Shown here: positions 37,675 through 47,300 of the stretch, piece by piece
How positions within the stretch are numbered: the first letter of the stretch is position 1
How the letters are laid out: each line of letters starts with the position of its first letter
Origin: Bacteroidales bacterium
GTDB taxonomy: Bacteria > Bacteroidota > Bacteroidia > Bacteroidales > FEN-979
Assembly (NCBI GenBank): GCA_030681475.1
Contig: JAUXWT010000085.1
Location: forward strand, 4,226 to 68,225
Direction: 5' to 3'
DNA: 64,000 nt
Notes under the pieces: generated by a model
What the model was told of the DNA's origin: nothing
The model's database searches: none
The model's input: the letters and a program-made list of their open reading frames with translations, nothing else
Made by a program: the position numbers and the translations under genes

Positions 37675-38443
37675 AAATATATTGTCCCCCATCCACCCTG
37701 ATCACCTCTCCCGTTATATGACGTGCCAGATCGGAACATAAGAACACAACCAGGTGAGCGATATCATCAGGCTTGCCGGGACTTTTCAGAACCATTTCAT
37801 CCAAGGCTGCTGCACGAACAGTTTCGCCTGCATTTTTAACCATTGCGGTCTCAATCATCCCGGGGGCAATGGCATTCACGTTGACATTATATTTTCCCAG
37901 TTCCCTCGCGACGGACTTCGTCAGACCAATAATTCCTGCTTTTGATGCAGAATAATTTGCCTGACCGAATTTACCCCTGAGCCCGTTGATGGAGGTGATA
38001 TTGACGATCTTTCCTGAGCGTTGCTCACGGAAGATGGGCGCCACGGCCCGGGTAAAATTGAAATAGCCCTTAAGATTAACTCGAATAACATCATCCCACT
38101 GTTCCTCGCTCATTTTCCAGATCACCCCATCACGGTTAATGCCCGCATTGTTAACGAGAATGTCGATCCTGCCGAACTGATCGTTCACTTTCTGAACGGT
38201 ATTTAATGCGGCAGTAAAATCCGAGGTATCTGCCTTGATAAACATAGCTTTACCGCCGGGTTTTGAAATGTTGTGAAGCAGGCCTGTTGCTTCTTCTTCC
38301 GTTTTAAGGTCGATCATGGCGACCTGGGCCCCGCACCGGGCTAACTCTAGGCTGATCGCTGCTCCGATTCCCGAAATACCACCGGTTACAATTGCTGAAT
38401 GACCTCTCAGATCAGGGTACGTAGAATTAAATTGTTGTTCCAT
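37673..38443 (-). CDS. SDR-family oxidoreductase (FabG-like)
   Basis: TGGISGIGAA cofactor motif and YSASKAG catalytic motif. Confidence 0.8.
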   Translation of the reverse strand: MEQQFNSTYPDLRGHSAIVTGGISGIGAAISLELARCGAQVAMIDLKTEEEATGLLHNISKPGGKAMFIKADTSDFTAALNTVQKVNDQFGRIDILVNNAGINRDGVIWKMSEEQWDDVIRVNLKGYFNFTRAVAPIFREQRSGKIVNITSINGLRGKFGQANYSASKAGIIGLTKSVARELGKYNVNVNAIAPGMIETAMVKNAGETVRAAALDEMVLKSPGKPDDIAHLVVFLCSDLARHITGEVIRVDGGQYI

Positions 38444-38453
38444 CTCTGCTATT

Positions 38454-41261
38454 TTAATCCCTTTTTTTCTTTATCCCGTTTATGGCTTCAAGGACGCGCT
38501 GCGGCGTGATTGGAAGATCAAAAATCCGAACACCGATAGCGTCGGCTACTGCATTGGCAATGGCGCCAAGGATGGGGAGGGTGGCGCCTTCACCTACCTC
38601 CTTTGCCCCATATGGACCTGCAGGTTCATAGCTGTCTACAATAGTTGAATGAATTTCAGGCATGTCGGCCGAAGTAGCAATCAAATAATTGTGAAGATCT
38701 GCATTGATCATCTTTCCCCGGTTGTCAAACACCTCATTTTCAAAGAGCGCTTCGCTCATCCCCATCAGCACGGCGCCTTCAGCCTGTCCTTCAACAAGCA
38801 TAGGGTTCACCGCAGTGCCGCAATCATGGGCATCCCAGAAATTAAGAACCTTTACCTTCCCGGTCTCCATATCAACCTCGACTTCGCAAACGGTTGCTGA
38901 AAAAGAATAAGCCGGAGAAGTTCCGATGGCGGCGCCCTTGTAGTTGCCGCCTAATCCTTCCGGTGGCGAGTAATGACCTTTTCCGAGAAGGGGACCCTTT
39001 TTGGAGAAATGTGCAAACCCAGCCTGTTCCCAAGGAATGAAAGTGGAAGGACCAGTTTTAAGAAAAATCTTATTATCCTTGACCTCTAATAGTCCGGCAT
39101 CCAGGTTCATGATCTCCGCTGCCTGTTTCAATATCTGTTTTTTTACATCCTCCCCGGCCATTTTGCAGGCATTTCCGCCCATCAGGGTTACCCTGCTCGA
39201 ATAGGCGCCGAACCCGATCGGTGTGAGATCGCTGTCGGCAGAAACAACACTGATCCGGTCGTAGGAGATCCCCATTGCTTCGCAGGCAGCCATGGCAAGC
39301 ACGGTATCCGATCCCTGGCCGATGTCGGCATCCCCAATGAACAATACCGCCCTGGAACCATCTTCCAGAACCTTGATGGTGGCGCTTGAATGAGGGAACT
39401 TTGAGCGATAAATCGGATAACCCGCTCCGGAAACAAATCCGCCACAGCCAATCCCGATGCCACGGCCTATGGGAAGCTTCCCTTTTTTCTGGTTCCAGCC
39501 GGACTTATTCCGAACATCTTCTATGCAGGCTTTAAATTCGCAGGAATGGATTTCAAGATCATTACAGGTATTGTACTCAGGTGTCATGGCATTCTTCAGC
39601 CTGATATCAATGGAATCCATCCCGAGATCATCAGCGATCATGGTCAGAAGCGATTCGAAGGCAAACCTGGGATGCGGACAGCCATGCCCGCGAAAAGCGC
39701 CACAAGGCGGAAGGTTGGTGTTGACCCGAAAGCCATCGTACTTGTAATTCGGGAATTTATATAATGTTGTAATCATTGAACCAGCGTAATAGGTTGATAC
39801 GATCCCAAAACTGGAATAGGCGCCCCCTTCAAGAACGGCTTTCTGTTTGACGGCAGTGATGGTACCGTCTTTCTTTACCCCGATCTTCAGGTCAATATAT
39901 TGTTTGTGGCGGCCCCTGCCGAACAGGTACATCTCTTCGCGGCTGAAGCGCATTTTTACTGCACATCCTGCAATCCTTGCCAGAAAAATTGACATCACCT
40001 CGATGGTTGTTGTCGCCGCCTTTGCTCCAAACCCACCGCCACAGTTAGTCATGATCACCCTGATATCGCCCAGCGGGATACCAAGTATATGCGACAACTG
40101 GTGGTGAACATAATGGACCACCTGTGTCGAAGTATGGAGGGTCACCCTGCCATGGCGGTCCCATTCAGCAATGGAACAGTGTGGTTCCATGGGGTTCTGG
40201 TACGTACGGTTGCCTGTGAACCGTTCCTCGCGGATGTGGTCCGCCTCTGCAAATCCTTTTTCTATATCCCCGAAATGGTGATCAACGTGGGTGTTGATGT
40301 TATTCTCGTATTTATCGTCGAACAATCGCGGAGCGCCATCTTTCATGGCCTCTATCGGATCGAAAACAGCAGGAAGTTCTTCGTACGCCACTTTAATCAA
40401 AGCAAGGGCCCGGTAGCAGGTTTCTTCATCAATAGCTGCAACGGCAGCCACCACATCGCCCACGAACCGCACTTTACCCTTGGCCAGAATTGTTTCATCA
40501 TAGCGTGGGGGGGAAGTGCCCCACCGTACGTCGGGGACATCGGCGCCCGTAAGCACCACCTTTACTCCCGCAAGCGCTTTTGCCTTGCTGGTATCTATTG
40601 AAACGATTTTTGCATGAGGCACGGCGCTGAGGAGCAACTTCCCGTAAATCATGTTAGGAAGGGAGATATCGTCGGTGTAAACTGCCCGGCCCGTGGCTTT
40701 GTCGGGGGCATCGATTTTGGGTAGTCGTTTCCCAACGACGGACAAGTCGATGGTTGATTTTTGCGGCATGAACTCCAGTTCAGGTGGTTTTTTACCGTTG
40801 AGGTAATCCCTTGCTGTTTCAACGGCCTCGATGATCTTTGTATAACCGGTACACCTGCATAAATTGCCGCTTAATTCCTCCTTGATCTCTTCTTTAGTGG
40901 GGATTGGATATTTGTCCAGGATGCTTTTCGTCCGCATGATCATCCCCGGGGTGCAATATCCGCACTGGATCGCTCCTTTTTCAACATAAGCGCGCTGGAT
41001 CGGGTGCAGTTCCGTTCCTGTCGCCAATCCCTCGATCGTTTCCACCTTACTCCCGGCAGCCTCCACCGCGAGTACCAGACAGGCGTTCACTGCTTTCCCA
41101 TCCATGATGACCGTGCACGCCCCGCAATCACCCAGTTCACAGCCCTTTTTCGTTCCTGTAAGTTTCAGTTCGTCCCTTAACAGATCAAGCAGTGTCGCAT
41201 TCGCTTTCACCGCTACTTCGAATTCATCTCCGTTTACATTGATCGTAATAATTTGTTTCAT
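38454..41261 (-). CDS. Xanthine-dehydrogenase-family molybdoenzyme, fused 2x[2Fe-2S] (CoxS-like) and molybdopterin (CoxL-like) subunits
   Basis: 935 aa. The N-terminus has GCELGDCGACTV, then CGYCTPGMIM and CRCTGY (two [2Fe-2S] sites). An aldehyde-oxidase/XDH a/b-hammerhead and a Mo-binding domain follow. Confidence 0.8.
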   Translation of the reverse strand: MKQIITINVNGDEFEVAVKANATLLDLLRDELKLTGTKKGCELGDCGACTVIMDGKAVNACLVLAVEAAGSKVETIEGLATGTELHPIQRAYVEKGAIQCGYCTPGMIMRTKSILDKYPIPTKEEIKEELSGNLCRCTGYTKIIEAVETARDYLNGKKPPELEFMPQKSTIDLSVVGKRLPKIDAPDKATGRAVYTDDISLPNMIYGKLLLSAVPHAKIVSIDTSKAKALAGVKVVLTGADVPDVRWGTSPPRYDETILAKGKVRFVGDVVAAVAAIDEETCYRALALIKVAYEELPAVFDPIEAMKDGAPRLFDDKYENNINTHVDHHFGDIEKGFAEADHIREERFTGNRTYQNPMEPHCSIAEWDRHGRVTLHTSTQVVHYVHHQLSHILGIPLGDIRVIMTNCGGGFGAKAATTTIEVMSIFLARIAGCAVKMRFSREEMYLFGRGRHKQYIDLKIGVKKDGTITAVKQKAVLEGGAYSSFGIVSTYYAGSMITTLYKFPNYKYDGFRVNTNLPPCGAFRGHGCPHPRFAFESLLTMIADDLGMDSIDIRLKNAMTPEYNTCNDLEIHSCEFKACIEDVRNKSGWNQKKGKLPIGRGIGIGCGGFVSGAGYPIYRSKFPHSSATIKVLEDGSRAVLFIGDADIGQGSDTVLAMAACEAMGISYDRISVVSADSDLTPIGFGAYSSRVTLMGGNACKMAGEDVKKQILKQAAEIMNLDAGLLEVKDNKIFLKTGPSTFIPWEQAGFAHFSKKGPLLGKGHYSPPEGLGGNYKGAAIGTSPAYSFSATVCEVEVDMETGKVKVLNFWDAHDCGTAVNPMLVEGQAEGAVLMGMSEALFENEVFDNRGKMINADLHNYLIATSADMPEIHSTIVDSYEPAGPYGAKEVGEGATLPILGAIANAVADAIGVRIFDLPITPQRVLEAINGIKKKRD

Positions 41262-41283
41262 CCTCTTTTATGATTTTTATACC

Positions 41284-42207
41284 TCATCCCCCCTGACCCC
41301 CTTCCCCAACAAGGGAAGGGGGAGAGTGCCTCCCTGCCAATTCAATCGCCCTTCTAATCGCTCGTTGTACCAATACCTTAAGCACATCCCGCCGGTATTG
41401 CGCTCCCCCCCGGATATCGTCAATCGGAATGGAGTCCCTGACCGCAGCAGCTCCCAACTCTTCCTGAAAGAACTGATTTTCAACAAATTCTGAAACTTTG
41501 ATTCCACGGAGCATTTCTGTTGCCTGGCGGCTGATTTTAGGGGTCGGCGCTACGGCGCCTATTACGATGCAGGCATCCGCACAGGCGCCATCTGCAACAC
41601 GTACCATCGCAGCCACTGAAACCACCGAGATGGATCCGGCTTCGCGCAAACCAAACTTCTCATAACAGGCGCCTGTACCGGGTCCGGGCTTCGGAACAAT
41701 GATCTTTGTAACAAGTTCTCCGGTCGTGAGGATGGTTTTCTTATTGAAGGTGAAAAAATCATTCAGCGGTACAGTTCTTACATTTTCAGAACCAGCGATT
41801 TCAACCGAGGCATTCAGCGACAGCAGTACCGGGGCGGTATCGCAGCAGGAGGCTGCAGTGCAGATATTTCCCCCGATCGTCCCTGTATTTCTGACCTGGT
41901 CGGACCCGATCTTTGAAGTCGCTTCAACCAATGAAGGGGCAATTTTACCAACGAGCGCGGAGGCAATGATTTCACTATGGGTTGTGCAGGCGCCTATGAT
42001 GAGATTTTCTTCATCTTCCGTGATCAGTTTCAATTCCCTGATCTTTACAAGAGAGATCACGTTCTCATGCATCCTGACGCCCTTTTTCATTTCAACCAGC
42101 AGATCAGTTCCGCCTGCCATGGCAACAGCATTTGGTTTCTGCCCAAGCAGAAGGATCGCATCCTGAATGGAGACCGGCTGGTGGAAATTAAAGTCTGGTA
42201 AGTACAT
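41284..42207 (-). CDS. XDH/CODH-family FAD-binding subunit (CoxM-like)
   Basis: MAGGTDLLVEMK and GTIGGNIC motifs. The last 14 codons or so (HSPPSLVGEGGQGG) are read from a G/C-tract repeat copy. Confidence 0.75.
   Translation of the reverse strand: MYLPDFNFHQPVSIQDAILLLGQKPNAVAMAGGTDLLVEMKKGVRMHENVISLVKIRELKLITEDEENLIIGACTTHSEIIASALVGKIAPSLVEATSKIGSDQVRNTGTIGGNICTAASCCDTAPVLLSLNASVEIAGSENVRTVPLNDFFTFNKKTILTTGELVTKIIVPKPGPGTGACYEKFGLREAGSISVVSVAAMVRVADGACADACIVIGAVAPTPKISRQATEMLRGIKVSEFVENQFFQEELGAAAVRDSIPIDDIRGGAQYRRDVLKVLVQRAIRRAIELAGRHSPPSLVGEGGQGG
41285..41325. repeat. G/C-tract palindromic repeat copy overlapping the 3' end of the FAD-subunit gene
   Basis: CATCCCCCCTGACCCCCTTCCCC-aacaa-GGGAAGGGGG. 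The 10-bp stem is perfect. It is nearly identical (in inverted orientation) to the right half of the copy at 47214-47300. Confidence 0.8.
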
Positions 42208-42222
42208 GTCTTATTTTTTTAT

Positions 42223-43401
42223 TTATTCAAATGCACTTTCACCGGTAATGTCATGGCCGGTGATCAGGAGGTGAATATCATGAGTACCTTCATAGGTGAT
42301 CACAGACTCAAGGTTCATCATGTGCCGCATCATCGGAAAGTCGCCGGTAATTCCCATGGCGCCAAGAACCTGGCGTGATTCCCTGGCAATATCGAGAGCC
42401 ATTTTTACATTATTCCTTTTGGCCATGGAAATCTGTGCCGGTGTTGCCCGGTCGTCGTTGCGTAAAATGCCGAGACGCCAGGCCAGCAACTGGGCTTTGG
42501 TGATCTCTGTCAGCATCTCGGCCAGCTTTTTTTGTGTCAGCTGAAAAGCAGCGATGGGTTTGCCGAACTGGAGGCGCTCCTTAGAATATTGAAGCGCCGT
42601 GTCGTAACAATCCATTGCCGCTCCGATCACACCCCAGGCGATACCGTACCTGGCCGAGCTGAGGCAACTGAGCGGTCCCTTCAGCCCTTTAACACCCGGC
42701 AGGAGATTTTCCTTGGGAACCTTTACATTATCGAATACCAACTCGCCAGTGGAAGAGGAACGCAGCGACCATTTTCTAAGTGTTTCAGGAGAGGTGAACC
42801 CATGCATACCCCGTTCCACGATCAATCCCCTTACCGTGCCCGTTTCGTCCTTGGCCCATACCACACTGATGTCGGCGATCGGGGCATTGGTTATCCACAT
42901 TTTTGCGCCATTCAACAGGAAATATTCGCCCTCATCGGTAAACCGGCTAAGCATGCGTCCCGGATCTGATCCATGGTTGGGTTCAGTCAGACCGAATGCG
43001 CCAATCATATCTCCGGAAGCCAATTGTGGCAGGTATTTCCTTTTTTGTTCTTCAGTCCCGTATTTATATATGGGGTACATTACCAGAGATGATTGAACTG
43101 AAGCCATTGAACGAATGCTTGAATCTCCTCTTTCAAGCTCCTGCATGATCAGTCCGTAGGAAACCTGATCCAGTCCGGAACCGCCATATTCAGCAGGGAT
43201 ATAGGGGCCGAAAGCGCCAATCGCTCCTAATTCTTTGACAAGGTGACGGGGGAATTCATGATTCTGATTCGCTTCATCAATGATGGGTATTACCGCCCTG
43301 TTGACCCAATCGCGTATCGCTCCGCGAACTAATTTGTGTTCATCTGTTAATAGTTCATCTACAAGGTAATAATCAGGTGATTTATATCTGATGGTGGCCA
43401 T
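42223..43401 (-). CDS. gcdH: Glutaryl-CoA dehydrogenase
   Basis: 392-aa acyl-CoA dehydrogenase with GCDH-typical blocks GAFGLTEPNHGSDP and ITYEGTHDIHLLITG. Confidence 0.8.
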   Translation of the reverse strand: MATIRYKSPDYYLVDELLTDEHKLVRGAIRDWVNRAVIPIIDEANQNHEFPRHLVKELGAIGAFGPYIPAEYGGSGLDQVSYGLIMQELERGDSSIRSMASVQSSLVMYPIYKYGTEEQKRKYLPQLASGDMIGAFGLTEPNHGSDPGRMLSRFTDEGEYFLLNGAKMWITNAPIADISVVWAKDETGTVRGLIVERGMHGFTSPETLRKWSLRSSSTGELVFDNVKVPKENLLPGVKGLKGPLSCLSSARYGIAWGVIGAAMDCYDTALQYSKERLQFGKPIAAFQLTQKKLAEMLTEITKAQLLAWRLGILRNDDRATPAQISMAKRNNVKMALDIARESRQVLGAMGITGDFPMMRHMMNLESVITYEGTHDIHLLITGHDITGESAFE

Positions 43402-43426
43402 TTTTTTGAGTTAAATAATCATGTTT

Positions 43427-45892
43427 TCAGAGATTGTAGAGATCCTTATAATTGTTCTCCCAACCAGGCAGCTTGCCCTGAATTGAAAGGTTGAGCGGTG
43501 GATTCTGTCCTCCGATGTTGAGCAATCTCAATAATGCCGGGGAAATATAGGGATTTTTTTCGGGATTGAATGTTTCCCCGGTTTCCCGGGTCAGCCGTTC
43601 ATCGTTGCAACCTTCTGCCAAAGCGTTCTTTTTCTGGAGGTTATACAGGGCAACTGCATAGGGTACAGCATATTTTTGTTTAAGCCTGGCCAATTCGAAT
43701 GCCCGCTCGAGTAAATCATGTTCTTCCTCGCCGATCCCGTTTGAAAGACCCAGTTCATAAGCACGGGTGGCCGTTAGTCCCTGGAGGAAAAGTTCATCGA
43801 TAAGGGATTCCCCAAACCCAAGGCGCACCAGCTCCTGCACGGCGCCAAATCCACCCAGGATCCCATATTCGATCTCGGGTTGGTTGTAATTTTTTTTGAC
43901 ACGGAAAACACTTTGCCGTTTCAGGGAGTCAAATTCAACCCCATGTAGTACAAGGTCAAACCGCTGGTTGAGAAAGTAAGTGAATTCTGCGCCACCGCCC
44001 CATTTCTCCCCGAAAACACCGATGGTCCAGACCGGCATTTCCTGGATGAACCGGAACAGCCTCATCCCGGCTTTCGTGAAATAGGACGCATCGTCTTCAC
44101 CAAGAAATTGATACCCGGTTTTTGCATCAAACCATCCCTTGTTGAACTGCCTTGCATCGGCTCCGAGCATTCGCATTCCCGTGCCGGAAGCGGTAAATAG
44201 TAAGGAGCCCAAAACACCTTTTTCATACAGTCCGACCGAAATCCCGATCGCATGGTCAAGCTGGTCGAGTGTGTTCCGGTTCCACACATTACCGCGAAGC
44301 GGATTATCAAAAATTATGGAGGCGACCCTGTCTTTCCTGGATGGATAAATGAACCGGAGATCGTTATAGTAAATATCCATCTCGCCGGTAACAAAATTAC
44401 GCAGACTGACCGGAGTACCATATATTCTGCCGTAACCAAGCAGGTTTGACCAGCCTTTGTTTTTCATGGTGAATAAAAACGATGATTTATCTTTTCGGGG
44501 ACCAATCTTTCCTTCCAGGTCAAAAAGTTCGGCCCTGTCAGGATTTTCAATCCCTGATTTTTTGATCAACCCGATGAAACCATCAATTCCAAAATAATCC
44601 AGGAATTTGTCAATGATCTCGCACAAACCGTATTTGAAGCGGAGACCTGTTTTCGTGGAAGAGTCAATGTCGGCTGCCGTGGCATAATTGTCCTGTATAA
44701 GATCCAGCGCATAAAGCATGATTGGTATTACATATCTCCTGAATGTTTTGCCTCCTTTGTCATCGGATTCGGCAATGTGTATAAGTCCACTGATGCTTTT
44801 TATGGCTGATTCCCTGTAATCGAGGGCCGCGGCCTCCGATAATGACCAGTAATCAAGGTGATTGATCCCGGCGATTTCAACATAGGATTTACCTCCCGGG
44901 TCATAGACTCCTGTGATCTTTTCTCTGTTTGTTGCTCCCGACCACTTAAAAAAACCCTCTTTGTCTTTTGAAGAGATCCCTGTTTTCCCCGATTTCTCCA
45001 GATCTTCGATCCACGACGGGTAATGTCTGCCATTCTGGTTGTACAGGATCCTGAGCCGGTCGTTTGCGGGCAGTGCCTGTCCTAAATGTTTTGCACATTC
45101 GGTATAAGGCATATGACCTGTCCGGTCGAGCACCTGGAATGGGTTGGCCGTAAGTAATTCAAACACCTGCGGTAATTCCACGAGATCTTGTCCGGTCTTA
45201 ACATCCCAGTGAATAATGGCTCCCATCCCTTCGAAAATGGGATCGGCCACATAACCATGATGGTCGTTCCGCAAGGCAATGACTTTCTTTTCGAGCGCCT
45301 GTTCTGCAAAGGCAACTCCAGCGGTAAACGTCTCTTCCGATGCAAATTTCCCCTTCATCACATCGAACAGGCGGTTTGCATGGAATGGGAAATATCCATG
45401 GCCGGTCAGAAATTTATCTCGGAGAAACATATCGTCAAAAAGAACAGCCAGTTCGGCGGTGGTATGGGATGATGTGTTGGAAAAGATAAATATCAGCTTT
45501 TTGGGGTCGGCATATTTCTCAATGTTGGCAAAAATCATTTTTTTGACATCGATCTGTTCAGTGGCCGCTTCCCAGATGACCTCTGTCTGGCCAAGAAGGG
45601 CGAAATCGCGGGTATAGGTAACCCTGGCGAGGCACGCCTCCTTCTGTTCCGCCAGCATCCTGCCGCCATCTGCAAGCCCTGCAAAATAACTGCCGATCTC
45701 ACCCCTGGCCCTTTCCAGCGCACTGTCGGCGATATCGATGAAAATAACATCATACCCTGTTTTATTGAGGATATCGATCCCTATCCCAATTCCCATTGTT
45801 CCGGAGCCGACGACAGCGATTTTTTTAATGTTTTTCAGTTTCGCAACCTCCTTCTGGAGTATCTTATTCCCGTATGAAAAAACAGTTCCCAT
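43427..45892 (-). CDS. Fused 3-hydroxyacyl-CoA dehydrogenase (N-terminal) / enoyl-CoA hydratase-like (C-terminal) protein
   Basis: 821 aa. Rossmann motif VVGSGTMGIGIG at the N-terminus and a crotonase-fold-like C-terminal third. Confidence 0.7.
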   Translation of the reverse strand: MGTVFSYGNKILQKEVAKLKNIKKIAVVGSGTMGIGIGIDILNKTGYDVIFIDIADSALERARGEIGSYFAGLADGGRMLAEQKEACLARVTYTRDFALLGQTEVIWEAATEQIDVKKMIFANIEKYADPKKLIFIFSNTSSHTTAELAVLFDDMFLRDKFLTGHGYFPFHANRLFDVMKGKFASEETFTAGVAFAEQALEKKVIALRNDHHGYVADPIFEGMGAIIHWDVKTGQDLVELPQVFELLTANPFQVLDRTGHMPYTECAKHLGQALPANDRLRILYNQNGRHYPSWIEDLEKSGKTGISSKDKEGFFKWSGATNREKITGVYDPGGKSYVEIAGINHLDYWSLSEAAALDYRESAIKSISGLIHIAESDDKGGKTFRRYVIPIMLYALDLIQDNYATAADIDSSTKTGLRFKYGLCEIIDKFLDYFGIDGFIGLIKKSGIENPDRAELFDLEGKIGPRKDKSSFLFTMKNKGWSNLLGYGRIYGTPVSLRNFVTGEMDIYYNDLRFIYPSRKDRVASIIFDNPLRGNVWNRNTLDQLDHAIGISVGLYEKGVLGSLLFTASGTGMRMLGADARQFNKGWFDAKTGYQFLGEDDASYFTKAGMRLFRFIQEMPVWTIGVFGEKWGGGAEFTYFLNQRFDLVLHGVEFDSLKRQSVFRVKKNYNQPEIEYGILGGFGAVQELVRLGFGESLIDELFLQGLTATRAYELGLSNGIGEEEHDLLERAFELARLKQKYAVPYAVALYNLQKKNALAEGCNDERLTRETGETFNPEKNPYISPALLRLLNIGGQNPPLNLSIQGKLPGWENNYKDLYNL

Positions 45893-45927
45893 GATATTTT
45901 TAATTGGGTAATTATTATTTCTATAGT

Positions 45928-47196
45928 TTAAACAATTTCAACACAAACAGCCCCGCCCTGACCTCCGCCAATACACGCGGAGGCAATACCGGTCTTCAAT
46001 CCCTGGCGTTTTAATTCATAAATAAGGTCAATGGTGATGCGCAGGCCGGTGGCGGCAATATTGTGCCCGATGGCAATGGCGCCCCCGTTCACATTGGTAA
46101 GGTCGCGCGGCAGTGAGAGTTCCTTTTCGACGCCAAGGTACTGTGCGGCAAATGCTTCGTTGACTTCAAAAAGATCAACATCCTCTTTTTTCATTTTTAA
46201 CTTTTCCAGAAGATCCCGGATGGCAGGTACCGGGCCCTGGCCCATGATCTCGGGCGGAACGGTAGAGAACTGATAACCTTTGATCTTCGCCAGATAAGGA
46301 ATGTTGTGTTTATCGGCGAAGGAACGCTCCATCAGCAGGGCTGCTGCCGCACCATCACTGATCTGGCTGGCGGTGCCCGGCGTTACCAGGCCGTCGGGTT
46401 TGAGCATGGGACGCAAGCCGGCGAGTTCACCTAAACTGATATCGAACTTTGTCCCTTCATCCCGCCACACGCTGATGGCATTACCAAGCTGGTCAACGGC
46501 GTCTAAAGTAAAAATACCCTGCAGATAAGTATTTGAACCGGTGTTTGCGTACCGGTTCCACTGCTTCGACTGGGCAATAATGGCACGGGAGTGACTGAGG
46601 TACGCAAATTCGTCACACTCCTTTCGGGTGATCCCGGTTTGCGTCCCATATAATTCGGCTGTTTTTGGCATCAGCGTTTTAAAGAGGTTATGGTTAAACC
46701 CCTCCATCAGGTAATCACGGAGCGGGGCTTCTTCGAAATCCCACACGCTCTCTTTTTTTCTGCGCCCCTGATGGATCAGATTGGTTTGTGACATGTTTTC
46801 GGTGGCAAAGGATAAGACGCAACCTGCATTTTCAGTATCCGACATCAGTTGATCAAACCCGTCGGCCAATACCTGAAATCCGGTTCCGCAGATCCGAAGT
46901 GTCGTCTTCCCGGGAGCCACTCTCAGATTCTCTTTGTCGCCGAATTTCTCGGCCACCCTAACCGCAACATTCCGAGGTAGGTAGATCTGCTGGCTCATTG
47001 AATCAATGTAAATCATTCCGGCCACGACCTGGTCAATCTTTATCTTCATCAGGTCAATCCCTGACCTGATGATGGCTTCATTTACCGCCAATACGGCCAG
47101 ATCTTCGGCCGGGAGATAATTATAATAACCGCCGTGTTTACCGATCGGTGTCCTTGCCGCACTAACGATCACTACTTCTTTCGGTTTTTTGTCCAT
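45928..47196 (-). CDS. Thiolase (acetyl-CoA C-acyltransferase family)
   Basis: 422 aa. Active-site Cys region ICGTGFQ and C-terminal NGGAIAIGH...ACIGGGQG motifs. Confidence 0.8.
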   Translation of the reverse strand: MDKKPKEVVIVSAARTPIGKHGGYYNYLPAEDLAVLAVNEAIIRSGIDLMKIKIDQVVAGMIYIDSMSQQIYLPRNVAVRVAEKFGDKENLRVAPGKTTLRICGTGFQVLADGFDQLMSDTENAGCVLSFATENMSQTNLIHQGRRKKESVWDFEEAPLRDYLMEGFNHNLFKTLMPKTAELYGTQTGITRKECDEFAYLSHSRAIIAQSKQWNRYANTGSNTYLQGIFTLDAVDQLGNAISVWRDEGTKFDISLGELAGLRPMLKPDGLVTPGTASQISDGAAAALLMERSFADKHNIPYLAKIKGYQFSTVPPEIMGQGPVPAIRDLLEKLKMKKEDVDLFEVNEAFAAQYLGVEKELSLPRDLTNVNGGAIAIGHNIAATGLRITIDLIYELKRQGLKTGIASACIGGGQGGAVCVEIV

Positions 47197-47213
47197 ATCT
47201 TTAATAGTTTAAT

Positions 47214-47300
47214 GACCCCACCCTTAATCCATCCCCCAAAAGGGAGGGACTTATTCCCCCTTCCCTTGCTGGGGAAAGGGGTCAGGGGGGATGGGGTCCA
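47214..47300. repeat. Composite G/C-tract repeat (two units) between thiolase and activase genes, overlapping the activase 3' end
   Basis: GACCCCACCCTTAATCCATCCCCCAAAAGGGAGGGAC + CCCCCTTCCC-ttgctg-GGGAAAGGGGTCAGGGGGGATGGGGTC. The last 15 or so activase codons (DPIPPDPFPQQGKGE) are repeat-derived. Confidence 0.8.
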
